NCBI RefSeq assembly: GCF_000011805.1
Contig: NC_006840.2
DNA from: Aliivibrio fischeri ES114
Lineage (GTDB): Bacteria; Pseudomonadota; Gammaproteobacteria; Enterobacterales; Vibrionaceae
DNA length: 32,000 bases
Direction: 5' to 3' (one strand)
Shown: positions 1-9,800 of the stretch, piece after piece
How positions within the stretch are numbered: the first letter of the stretch is position 1
Layout of the letters: every line of letters begins with the position of its first letter
Position numbers and translations under genes: made by a program
Notes under the pieces: generated by a model
Seen by the model: only the letters and a program-made list of their open reading frames with translations
Told to the model about the DNA's origin: nothing
The model's database searches: none

Positions 1-164
1 TCTTGCTTAGCTTCATCTTCAATTAATTCACTTTCACCTAGAAAAGTAAAAAGCTCATCTGCGATATCAAGCATTTTGTCATAAGCATCGGCTTCCGATT
101 TAGAGGTAAAAGTCATCTTCTCTTCTCCGTTGCGCTCAACTACATATTTGACGATAACAGCCAT
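1..164 (-). CDS. yebG: YebG family SOS-associated protein (3' part outside window)
   Basis: Minus-strand translation from CAT at 162-164 reads MAVIVKYVVERNGEEKMTFTSKSEADAYDKMLDIADELFTFLGESELIEDEAKQ, closely resembling E. coli YebG (MAVEVKYVVIREGEEKMSFTSKKEADAYDKMLD...). Runs off the left edge and is absent from the ORF track. Confidence 0.93.
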   Translation of the reverse strand, partial: MAVIVKYVVERNGEEKMTFTSKSEADAYDKMLDIADELFTFLGESELIEDEAKQ

Positions 165-187
165 GGTCGTCTCTCCTATTTAATTAA

Positions 188-203
188 CTGGTGTTTTATA
201 CAG
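188..203 (-). promoter_or_regulatory. Candidate LexA (SOS) box upstream of yebG
   Basis: Minus-strand CTGTATAAAACACCAG matches consensus CTGT-N8-ACAG except one base in the second half; about 24 bp upstream of the yebG start. Confidence 0.7.
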
Positions 204-311
204 TAAGCGAGCTTATGTGTCCACTTGGAGAAACGAAAGTTAGATAAAGTTAACGTCTAACGGATAAGACAAATTTTTATTTGTAGAAAAAAAGTTGAGC
301 AAGATTAATTA

Positions 312-334
312 AAGGTGTATTTTAAATGCAACTT
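312..334 (+). promoter_or_regulatory. Candidate NsrR-binding site upstream of aox
   Basis: AAGGTGTATTT-T-AAATGCAACTT is an 11-1-11 dyad close to the NsrR consensus (AAGATGCATTT-N-AAATGCATCTT). Confidence 0.75.
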
Positions 335-354
335 TAATTAAAAAGGTGAACAGC

Positions 355-990
355 ATGTCAAATTTTGAATTGAAACATAAAGCAACGAATAAAATTTCAG
401 AGAAGATCGCATATAAAATTACTCAATGTTTGAAGTTTCTTTTGAATATTTTTTATGGTTCAAAGTATGCTAAACGAGCTGTAATTTTAGAAACGATTGC
501 AGCAGTACCTGGAATGGTGGCTGGCATGTTCAATCATTTGAAAGCATTACGTAGAATGAAAGACGATCAGGGATGGATTCAAGAATTACTAAGCGAAGCT
601 GAAAATGAAAGAATGCATTTAATGATATTTCTAGACATAGCTAAGCCTCGTTGGATTGAACGTCTTTTAGTTTTGCTAGGTCAAGCTGTCTTTATTGTTG
701 TGTATAGCTTTATTTATTTACTCTCTTCGAAAATAGCTCATCGTGTGGTTGGGTATTTTGAAGAGGAAGCGTGTAAGAGTTATACGGAATATTTAGCTAA
801 GATTGATGAGGGGACTGTTGAAAATGAAGCCGCACCGCAAATAGCGATAGATTATTATCAATTGCCAAGTGATGCTATGTTACGTGATGTTATTCTTAAA
901 ATTCGAAACGATGAAGCAAAACATCGAGATCGTAACCATTCATTTGCAGATGCGTATGAAACTCACGATCTTCCTGCTCACCAGCGTTAG
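355..990 (+). CDS. aox: Alternative oxidase (di-iron, cyanide-insensitive quinol oxidase)
   Basis: AOX ligand motifs present: LETIAAVPGM, ENERMHL, FEEEACKSYTEY, NDEAKHRDRNH, plus two hydrophobic segments. The ATG at 355 has an AAGG RBS and is preferred over the GTG at 346. Confidence 0.94.
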   Translation: MSNFELKHKATNKISEKIAYKITQCLKFLLNIFYGSKYAKRAVILETIAAVPGMVAGMFNHLKALRRMKDDQGWIQELLSEAENERMHLMIFLDIAKPRWIERLLVLLGQAVFIVVYSFIYLLSSKIAHRVVGYFEEEACKSYTEYLAKIDEGTVENEAAPQIAIDYYQLPSDAMLRDVILKIRNDEAKHRDRNHSFADAYETHDLPAHQR

Positions 991-1002
991 ATATTTGTTG
1001 AG

Positions 1003-1026
1003 ATGAGGCTAAACAGCCTCATTTTT
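1003..1026 (+). terminator. Rho-independent terminator of aox
   Basis: ATGAGGCT-AAAC-AGCCTCAT followed by TTTT; overlaps the stop codon of the convergent LysR gene. Confidence 0.85.
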
Positions 1027-1897
1027 GTTGAATAAAGTTCATAAAATATTGCAGTAATGGCGTTTGGTATTTTTCTTTATGTACTAATAACCAATACTGT
1101 CTTGCCAATGTTTTGTTATAAGCCAATTTAACTAAGCGACCATCATTTATTGCGTTTTGTGCTGCGAGTTGAGATAAACATGCTAACCCCATATTTTCAG
1201 CACAACAATTAATGATCGCCTCAGTGGTATGAAGTTGTAATGATTCATGCCAGTCATTTAAGTTGGCGGCGATATGATTAATAAAATATTCGCGACTGCC
1301 TGAACCTTCTTCACGTAGTAACCAAGTTGAATGCTCTAAATCATCTAATGTCACTTGAGCTTTAGTCGCTAAAGGATGGGAAGGCGAGCACACTAAATAC
1401 ATGTCGTCTCGTCGCCATTCAATCATATTTAATTTTGGGTGATGTGCTTTACCTTCAACTAATCCGATATCAAGCTGAAATTCTAATAATCTATTGATGA
1501 TTTGTGCTGTGTTTGAAATAAATAGCTGCTGAATATCACATGGGTATTGTTGTTGGAATTTACTCAATAATACTGGCGCAATATGATTACCAATCGTATC
1601 ACTAGCTCCAATGTTTAATGAGCCTGTCAGCTGACTATCCGTTGCAAATTGGTGCTCAATCACTTCAGCTCGCTCTAATAGCTCATCTGCTAGAGGAAGT
1701 AATTGACGACCTTCACTATTTAATACTAAGCGGTTATTTACACGATCAAAGACTTTATAACCGAGATTTTTTTCTAATTCAGAGAGAGATAAACTTACGG
1801 CTGGTTTAGTTATATACAGTCGCTCCGCAGCTTTTGTCATGGTTTTTTCTTGTGCTATTACAGTAAAAACATTAAGTTGCTTGAGTGAAATTCTCAT
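1019..1897 (-). CDS. LysR-family transcriptional regulator, YeiE-like
   Basis: 292-aa ORF with N-terminal LysR HTH (LKQLNVFTVIAQEKTMTKAAERLYITKPAVSLSLSELEKNLGYKVFDR); divergent from the transporter at 2033. Confidence 0.9.
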   Translation of the reverse strand: MRISLKQLNVFTVIAQEKTMTKAAERLYITKPAVSLSLSELEKNLGYKVFDRVNNRLVLNSEGRQLLPLADELLERAEVIEHQFATDSQLTGSLNIGASDTIGNHIAPVLLSKFQQQYPCDIQQLFISNTAQIINRLLEFQLDIGLVEGKAHHPKLNMIEWRRDDMYLVCSPSHPLATKAQVTLDDLEHSTWLLREEGSGSREYFINHIAANLNDWHESLQLHTTEAIINCCAENMGLACLSQLAAQNAINDGRLVKLAYNKTLARQYWLLVHKEKYQTPLLQYFMNFIQQK

Positions 1898-2032
1898 GAC
1901 AGGAAGTCCTAAATTAATTAAAAGCTAAGTCGTTAATTTTATTTTAACGCTAGTTTTAATTTATACAAATTTTATTAATGGATTGTTCCGATTAAAATAG
2001 CTCTATCGTTAAATAGTACAGAGATTATTGTC

Positions 2033-3022
2033 ATGCTTAATTATACAAAACAAAAAATAGCAGGAGCTCCGACTCCAATGGCGGGATTAGCTCTTGGCAT
2101 CGCAAGTTTAGGTTGGTGCTGGGAAAACGCATTACCATTAAATGGTTATGCACAGTGGATCTCAGCGGCAATTGCGTCTGTTTTATTATTGGTATTAGCA
2201 GTTAAATTTTTATTACACCCTGCTGTTTTATGGAATGAATTAGCGCACCCTGTTGTTGGTAGTGTCGCTCCAACATTTGCAATGGGTACTATGGTGGTAT
2301 CAGCTTCTATTGGGCATTTTTACCGTGCAGCGGGAGATGCTTTATGGCTTGCTGCGGTAGCTATTCATGTTATTTTCTTAATCTCTTTTATTTATCATCG
2401 AGCAAAAGATTTTGAACTGCATCATATGGTGCCAAGTTGGTTTGTGCCACCGGTAGGCTTAATTGTTGCTGATGTTTCTTTCTCTGGTAGCGCATCATTA
2501 ACATCAGTAGCTCATTGGGTATTAATGTTTGGTTTAGTTAGCTACGCAATCATGCTACCAATCATGATCTATCGTTTGATTTTTAGTCATGAAGTACCAG
2601 ATGCCGCAAAACCAACCATCGCAATCATGGCAGCGCCAGCAAGCTTATCATTAGCAGGTTATTTAACCGTAACCGCTTCACCATCGCCTGTAATCATTGC
2701 GCTTCTATTTGGTATTGCAGTGTTAATGACGAGTGTTATCTACATGGCTTTCTTTAAATTAATGAGACTACCATTTAGTCCTGGTTATGCAGCGTTTACC
2801 TTCCCTATGGTTATTGGTGCAACTGCATTATTTAAAACAGCGAACTGGATGTTATCCCAAGGTGTAGCGGCAAATTATGTTTACCAAGTAAGAATGCTAG
2901 CTGTTGTTGAATTAGTGATAGCAACTTGTGTGGTGAGCTATGTTGCGATTCATTATTTAGCTCATTACCGTCCAATTACTCGAATGACAAATCGTTTGGC
3001 AAATATGAGTCATGCACATTAA
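2033..3022 (+). CDS. TDT-family (TehA/SLAC1-like) transporter
   Basis: 329-aa polytopic membrane protein with PTPMAGLALGIASLG start and ten or so hydrophobic segments; SLAC1/TehA-like composition. Confidence 0.8.
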   Translation: MLNYTKQKIAGAPTPMAGLALGIASLGWCWENALPLNGYAQWISAAIASVLLLVLAVKFLLHPAVLWNELAHPVVGSVAPTFAMGTMVVSASIGHFYRAAGDALWLAAVAIHVIFLISFIYHRAKDFELHHMVPSWFVPPVGLIVADVSFSGSASLTSVAHWVLMFGLVSYAIMLPIMIYRLIFSHEVPDAAKPTIAIMAAPASLSLAGYLTVTASPSPVIIALLFGIAVLMTSVIYMAFFKLMRLPFSPGYAAFTFPMVIGATALFKTANWMLSQGVAANYVYQVRMLAVVELVIATCVVSYVAIHYLAHYRPITRMTNRLANMSHAH

Positions 3023-3103
3023 TTTATAAGCTTTTTTTCTCTTCAAACACATCCAGTTACGTTAAGCTATAGGAACTTTCATTTTCTTATAAGCGAGCTG
3101 GGT

Positions 3104-6100
3104 GTGTTTACTGTTTATCATTCAAATCAACTTGATGTTCTTAAATCACTTGTCGTTGAGTTAATTCGCCTTAACCCCCTTGATAACCCGTTCGAACAAG
3201 AGCAAATACTTGTTCAAAGTCCCGGTATGTCGCAATGGCTCAAAATCGAACTCGCAAAAGAGTTAGGGATTGCCGCTAATCTTACTTTTCCACTACCTGC
3301 TACTTTTATTTGGGACTTGTTTACTCAGGTGCTTGATGATGTGCCAAAGCGCAGTGCTTTCCATAAAGAAGCGATGACATGGAAAATAGTGACATTATTA
3401 CCTGAGCTGTTAAAACAAGAGGAGTTCGCACCTCTGCAGCGCTATTTAGAAAATGATAAAAACCAACTTAAGTGCTATCAACTGGCTGCAAAAATTGCCG
3501 ATATTTTTGACCAATATTTGGTGTTCCGTCCTGAGTGGATTCAACAGTGGGAAGCCGGAGAAGAGGTGGTCGAATTAGAAGGAGAGCATCCTTGGCAACC
3601 TACTTTATGGCGAGCACTTTATGATCAAACACTTGCTCTTGGTCATTCGCCTTATCATCGTGCCAATATGTTTGAGCACTTTATTGAAACGCTAGATAAT
3701 TATTTGCAAACGGGCACCTTATCAAAAGGGATGCCTAAGCGTTTGTTTGTGGTGGGCATCACTTCACTGCCTCCTCGTTATTTAGATGCGCTTGCGGCGT
3801 TAGGTCAGCATATTGATGTGCACCTAATGTTTACCAATCCGTGTCGTTATTATTGGGGGGAAATTCGAGACAGAAAATACCTTGCTCGTTTAGAAGCCCG
3901 TAATCGGCTGCAAGTTAAATGGCTAGATGATCATAGTGAGCATATTGGTGATACAGAACAGCTAAAAGGTTCTATTGAGGCTAATTTTGAAGATGAATTA
4001 CATACTTCTGAAGTGGGGAATTCCTTGCTTGCCTCATGGGGGAAATTAGGTCGAGATAATTTGTGCTTACTCTCTGAGATGGAAGCACAAGAGATTGATG
4101 CCTTTGTTGATGTTGGTAACGACAATCTTTTGCATTCCATTCAGTCTGATATTTTAAATCTTGAAGAGCGCAGTCGTGATGATGTGCTTGATAACAGTCA
4201 GCATAAACAGCCAATCAGTTCTGATGATCGTTCCATTCTTTTGCATTCGTGCCATAGCCCAATGCGAGAGGTTGAGGTTTTACACGATCAGTTATTGGAT
4301 ATGTTTGCTAGTGACCCAGACTTAAAACCACGCGACATTATCGTGATGGTGGCAGACATTAATGTTTACAGTGCGGCGATTCAAGCCGTCTTTGGTAATG
4401 CGGCGTTTGATCGTTATATTCCTTTTGCGATTTCCGATCAAAGTGCTGAGCAAGAAAACCCAGTGTTATTGGCTTTCATGACCTTGATGGCGCTGCCTGA
4501 GAATCGCTGTGGTCTTTCTGAATTGCTCACATTATTGGAAGTCCCTGCCGTAATGTCTCGTTTTAAATTCAATGCCGAGCAATTTGAAATTGTGAAACGT
4601 TGGGCTGAAGAAACTGGGATTCGTTGGGGGCTAGATAACAGCACATCTGCACAGTTTGATCTTCCTGAACACAATCAAAACTCTTGGTTATTTGGTATTC
4701 AACGCATGTTGCTTGGTTATGCGATGGAGCAAGGTGCTGGGCTATTCGAAGGCATGGCGAGTTACGAGCAAGTGCAGGGCATGAATGCGGAAATTGCCGG
4801 TAACTTAGCGCAGTTTATTGATCAGCTTTTGACTTATCAGATCATCCTAGGCCAACCGCATGCAATTACGAAATGGCGAACCACCATCAACCAATTAATG
4901 GATGATTTTTTAGATGTTGAATTAGAAGGTGAATTGGTCGTTAAAAGCATTCGAGATCAACTGCAAAAACTGGAAGAAAATCTAGAAGATGCGGGTTTTG
5001 ATGCGCCAATCTCAGCGCCAATTATTAATAATTATCTGAAAAATAATTTATCTGGCGGTAAAGCGAGTCAACGATTCTTAGCGGGACAAGTTAACTTCTG
5101 TACCTTAATGCCAATGCGTTCTATTCCATTTGATGTGGTGTGTTTGCTTGGGATGACGGATGGATCTTACCCTAGAACCATGCCTGTTGAAGGTTTCGAT
5201 TTAATGCAAAAACGCATGAAACCGGGTGACCGTTCACGTCGAGATGATGATAGATATCTGTTTTTAGAAGCGCTGCAATCGGCAAATAAAGCGTTTTATT
5301 TAAGTTATATTGGGCGTTCAATTCGCGATAACACAGAAAAAGCACCGTCAGTATTAGTCAGTGAGCTACTTGAATATTGCCAGCAAGGTTACTGCCTAGA
5401 GGGTGATAATGAGCTAAACCCTGAAGCATCCGCAAAACGCTTGGTTAAGCAATTAACCATAGAACATCCTTTGGTTCCTTACAGCCAACAAAGTTTCATT
5501 GGTGACAACATAAGTTATGCAAGTGAGTGGTTACCAACGGCCAAATTAGAAGGGGCAGCGGCACCTGAGTTTCAGACTGCGCCATTAGTGTACGCTCCAG
5601 AAACAAAAGAGTTAGAGTTGACTGAACTGCAACGTTTTTGGCGTTTACCTGTCGCTTATTTCTTTAACCGTGGCTTAAAAGTCTTTTTTGAATCGGTAGA
5701 GAGTCGAGTTGAAGATGATGAGCCGTTTACCATCGATGGTCGTACTGGCTATGGTATGAAATCGGATCTATTAGAGGACTTATTGGCCTATGATGATCCT
5801 AACCATGTATCCCAAATCTCCCGTGATTTTTATCAGCAGCAAAAAGCCCAAGGTAAATTACCGATTGGTAGCTTTGGTGAAATAACAGCAGATAAAGAAG
5901 TGAACACGGTAAAAGATTTGGTTGCTCATATTCAACCATTAACGACGTTACCATTAGACGATCAAGAAGTACGTTTACGCTTTGCCTTCCCTCATGGTGA
6001 AATGGAACTGCAAGGTTGGTTAAAACAGCGTTATCAGGCAGGAATGTTGCGTTATCGTGGTGGTAAAATTCGTTCACATGAAATTCTAGCAACTTGGATT

Positions 6101-6523
6101 GATCACCTGTGTTTGTGTGCAATGGGCCAGCAGCAATTGACTCATCTATTTGGTACGGATGCGATTTATCATTTTGGAACCATCGAAAAAGAAAAAGCAT
6201 ACCAAGAACTAGAGACTATATTAAGTCTTTATATTTCAGGTAATTGCGCACCGTTAGCTTATTTACCAAAAGCGGCATTAGCAGGGCTCGAAGCACACGT
6301 TGATAAAAAAGGTGTGTGGAATGATGACGAAGAAACGCATCAAAAAGCCCTGAAAAAAATGGCAGATGAATACAATGGAACCCGCTTTGCTGGTGAAAAT
6401 AGCAATGATTATGTGATACGCATGTGGCCAGAATGGAATGATGAGTTTGGTCAGGTTATTTTTGATAATGCTCAAAAGGTGTTACGCAATGCATTGTTGC
6501 ATAGCGAGAAAGAAAAATTATAA
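3104..6523 (+). CDS. recC: Exodeoxyribonuclease V subunit gamma (RecC)
   Basis: 1139 aa; N-terminus FTVYHSNQLDVLKSLVVELIRLNPLDNPFEQEQILVQSPGMSQWLKIELAKELGIAANLTFPLPATFIWDLF aligns with E. coli RecC. GTG start. Confidence 0.97.
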   Translation: MFTVYHSNQLDVLKSLVVELIRLNPLDNPFEQEQILVQSPGMSQWLKIELAKELGIAANLTFPLPATFIWDLFTQVLDDVPKRSAFHKEAMTWKIVTLLPELLKQEEFAPLQRYLENDKNQLKCYQLAAKIADIFDQYLVFRPEWIQQWEAGEEVVELEGEHPWQPTLWRALYDQTLALGHSPYHRANMFEHFIETLDNYLQTGTLSKGMPKRLFVVGITSLPPRYLDALAALGQHIDVHLMFTNPCRYYWGEIRDRKYLARLEARNRLQVKWLDDHSEHIGDTEQLKGSIEANFEDELHTSEVGNSLLASWGKLGRDNLCLLSEMEAQEIDAFVDVGNDNLLHSIQSDILNLEERSRDDVLDNSQHKQPISSDDRSILLHSCHSPMREVEVLHDQLLDMFASDPDLKPRDIIVMVADINVYSAAIQAVFGNAAFDRYIPFAISDQSAEQENPVLLAFMTLMALPENRCGLSELLTLLEVPAVMSRFKFNAEQFEIVKRWAEETGIRWGLDNSTSAQFDLPEHNQNSWLFGIQRMLLGYAMEQGAGLFEGMASYEQVQGMNAEIAGNLAQFIDQLLTYQIILGQPHAITKWRTTINQLMDDFLDVELEGELVVKSIRDQLQKLEENLEDAGFDAPISAPIINNYLKNNLSGGKASQRFLAGQVNFCTLMPMRSIPFDVVCLLGMTDGSYPRTMPVEGFDLMQKRMKPGDRSRRDDDRYLFLEALQSANKAFYLSYIGRSIRDNTEKAPSVLVSELLEYCQQGYCLEGDNELNPEASAKRLVKQLTIEHPLVPYSQQSFIGDNISYASEWLPTAKLEGAAAPEFQTAPLVYAPETKELELTELQRFWRLPVAYFFNRGLKVFFESVESRVEDDEPFTIDGRTGYGMKSDLLEDLLAYDDPNHVSQISRDFYQQQKAQGKLPIGSFGEITADKEVNTVKDLVAHIQPLTTLPLDDQEVRLRFAFPHGEMELQGWLKQRYQAGMLRYRGGKIRSHEILATWIDHLCLCAMGQQQLTHLFGTDAIYHFGTIEKEKAYQELETILSLYISGNCAPLAYLPKAALAGLEAHVDKKGVWNDDEETHQKALKKMADEYNGTRFAGENSNDYVIRMWPEWNDEFGQVIFDNAQKVLRNALLHSEKEKL

Positions 6524-6814
6524 AAGTGGTTATCAGTAGGAAGTAGGGTGGCCGCCAGTAAATCATTTTTAGTGTAGGGCGTTCGCTGTACGGCCACAGG
6601 TCAGAGGTTGACCGAATCCTGATTACAAGTGCACATTTAATGAGCGCTTTGTAAGTGGCGCTGAGTGTAACAAAGCTCAAAAAGTGAACCGTGAGAAAGA
6701 TCTCACATTGATAGCTTTATTATTTTTATTATCTTAGTTTCTAATGAACTACGATATGGATCACATAAATATCTTGTAAAAACAGGATGTTGATGTTTAA
6801 AACGGTGATGTTTG

Positions 6815-9800
6815 ATGACGACAATCGCAGCTCCAAATCAATTGAATGCAATGACGTTTCCTCTGCACGGAACTCGTCTGATTGAAGCTTCTGCAGGTAC
6901 AGGTAAAACCTTTACCATTGCTAGTTTGTATTTACGTTTATTACTTGGTCATGGTGATGAAGGCACTCGACATCAAGAAGAGTTAACCGTAGATAGAATA
7001 TTGGTAGTGACGTTTACAGAAGCGGCAACTGCCGAGTTAAGAGAGCGTATTCGAGCAAAAATACATGATGCTCGTTTAGCGTTTGCTCGTGCTGTGCATA
7101 ACAACGGTTATAAGAGTGGTGATCCGGTTATTGATCCATTGTTGGCATCTATTGGTGACCATAAGTCGGCGGCACAGATCCTTTTGAATGCTGAACGCAG
7201 CATGGATGAAGCCTCTATCTTTACCATTCATGGTTTTTGTCAACGTATGCTAACTCAAAATGCCTTTGAGTCTGGTGCGCAATTTGAGAGTGAGTTTGTT
7301 ACCGACCAAGCGAAATTAATGCATCAAGTGGCAGCCGATTTTTGGCGTCGCAGTTTTTATCACCTACCTAAAATGGTGGCTGAAAGTGTTTATGATTGTT
7401 GGTCAAGCCCATCGGCATTATTAGGTGATATGGGTAATAGTCTTACTGGTGTCCCAAAGCATTTAACCGTAGAGCCACTAGAAAATTCATTAGAAGAGTT
7501 TTGTCAGCAAGGCATTGCTCGTATTGATGAATTAAAAAAACAGTGGTCAGAACATTGCGCCGATTTTGAAGCGTTAATTGCAGGCTCTGGTGTTGATAAA
7601 CGTAGCTACACTAAAAAGAATTTACCGAATTGGTTAGAGCAAGTTTCATCGTGGGCCAATAACCCAACCACCTCATTGCAAGTGCACGATAAGCTAGAAA
7701 AGTTTTCTCAAGAATTATTAATTGAAAAAACCAAAAAGGGCGAAGCGCCAGAACACGCCGTATTTAAACTTATTGATGATTTTCTAGCTCAATCATTAGA
7801 GATCAAGCAGCCACTACTATCATTAGCGATTCATCGATGTCGTAAAACTTTACAGCAAGCGAAAGAGCAAAAAAATTGGTTATCGTTTGATGATTTGCTG
7901 ACTCAATTATCTCAAGCGACAGAAAATCAAGATAACGCCTTATTACTAGAAAAGATCCGTGAACAATACCCTGTGGCGTTGATCGATGAATTCCAAGATA
8001 CCGATCCGCTGCAATATTCGATTTTTAGTACGCTTTATCAAGATCAGCCACAATGTGGTTTATTTATGATTGGCGACCCAAAACAAGCGATTTACGCCTT
8101 CCGTGGTGCGGATATTTTTACCTATATTCAAGCTCGTCGCCAAGTGGTGGATCATTACACTTTGGATACTAACTGGCGCTCAACGGCGGATATGGTGTCG
8201 TCAGTGAACCGTATTTTTGAACATGGCAAACAGCCTTTTTTGTACGATGACGATATTCCATTTTATCCGGTTAAATATAACCCTGTTAATGCCGAGCAAA
8301 AATCATGGGCGCTAGATAATCACACTCAGCCAGCCATGACATTCTGGTTGCAAGAGAGTAAAGATGGTAACCCGGTAAATAAAACCAGTTATCAGCGTGT
8401 GATGGCAGAATCAACAGCCGCACAAATTCAAACCATTTTGACAGGGGCGCAGCAAGGCTCAGCGTATTTACAAAACGGTGAGAAAAAACAAGCCATCAAA
8501 GCGGGTGATATTGCGGTGCTGGTTCGTACTGGTAAAGAAGGTAAATTAGTTCGTGAAGCCTTATCAAAACAAGGTATCGCCAGTGTTTATTTATCTAACC
8601 GTGATAGTGTATTTTCTTCTCCATTAGCGAAAGATGTATTGCGTTTATTGCAAGCGGCCATGACGCCGACAGATGCAAGGGCGGTTCGTTCAGCGCTGGC
8701 ATCGTCATTATTTGCTTATACTGCGGATCAATTGCATCAGTTTAATGTGGATGAAATGCAGTGGGAGCAAGCGGTTAATGAGTTTCGTGCCTACCGTAAG
8801 CATTGGCAACAACGTGGCATTATGCCGATGTTGCATCAAATCATTACTCAGCAAGGGATCTCTGAGCGCTTACTCGCAGAAAACGGTGGTGAGCGCCAAC
8901 TAACTGACTTATTGCATATTGGTGAATTACTGCAGCAAACTAGCCAAACCTTAGACAGTGATTATGGATTATTACGTTGGTTGTCTGACTCTATTTCTGA
9001 GCCTAATGGTGATTCAGAAGAGCAGACGGTACGTCTAGAATCAGAGCGTAACTTGGTGCAAATTGTCACTATTCATAAGTCCAAAGGGTTGGAATATGAC
9101 TTAGTCTTTTTGCCTTTTGTTTGCTTATATCGTGCGGTAGACAAAAAAGGTGAAGTCAGTTTTTATGATGAAGATAATCGTTACTCGGTGTTGGATTTAT
9201 TAAAAGAAGACGATTCCGTTGAGAAGGCAGAAAAAGAGCGTTTAGCTGAAGATTTACGTTTGATTTATGTAGCGCTGACTCGTGCGGTTTATGCTTGTTA
9301 TATCGGCATGGCACCTATCACCAAAGGCATCTCGAAAAAGCCACCAACGGGTGTGCATCTATCGGGGTTAGGTTATCTAATTCAACAGGCAGACGAATGT
9401 AATGTTGAAGAGCTGCAAGCTTGTTTAGAAAAGTTGATTGTAGGCAATTCGCCTATGGTGATCCAATCACCTCAAACCATCATCGATGAGCTGTATCAAG
9501 AGGTTCAAGATGAGCATATTGAACTGTACGCTAATAAGTTAATTGAACCTGTGAAAAGTAATTGGTGGATGACCAGTTATTCTGGATTAGTCAAACAAGG
9601 CAATCACCATAATGATACTTCATTAGAGCTTATTAATTTAGATATCGATTCAGCAGAAGATAAAGACGATAAAGAGTTGGATTTAGAGCCAGAGCGAACC
9701 ATCTTTACTTTCCCACGTGGAGCGAGGGCGGGTACGTTTTTACACTCATTGTTTGAAGAGGTGGAATTTACTCAGCCCATCACCAGTGAAGAAAATACGC

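Noticed and set aside
5799-6200. 133-aa alternative-frame ORF overlapping recC
   Set aside because: Lies wholly inside the well-supported recC frame and has no recognisable domain; other small ORFs inside recC, recB, recD and csdA were dismissed likewise.
6456-6680. 74-aa ORF across the recC end and spacer
   Set aside because: No domain similarity, crosses the inverted repeats and the recC 3' end; better explained as chance.
6640-6710. Second CsrB-like sRNA driven by the recC-recB palindrome
   Set aside because: Flanking sequence lacks clustered GGA/AGGA hairpins, so only the palindrome itself is reported.
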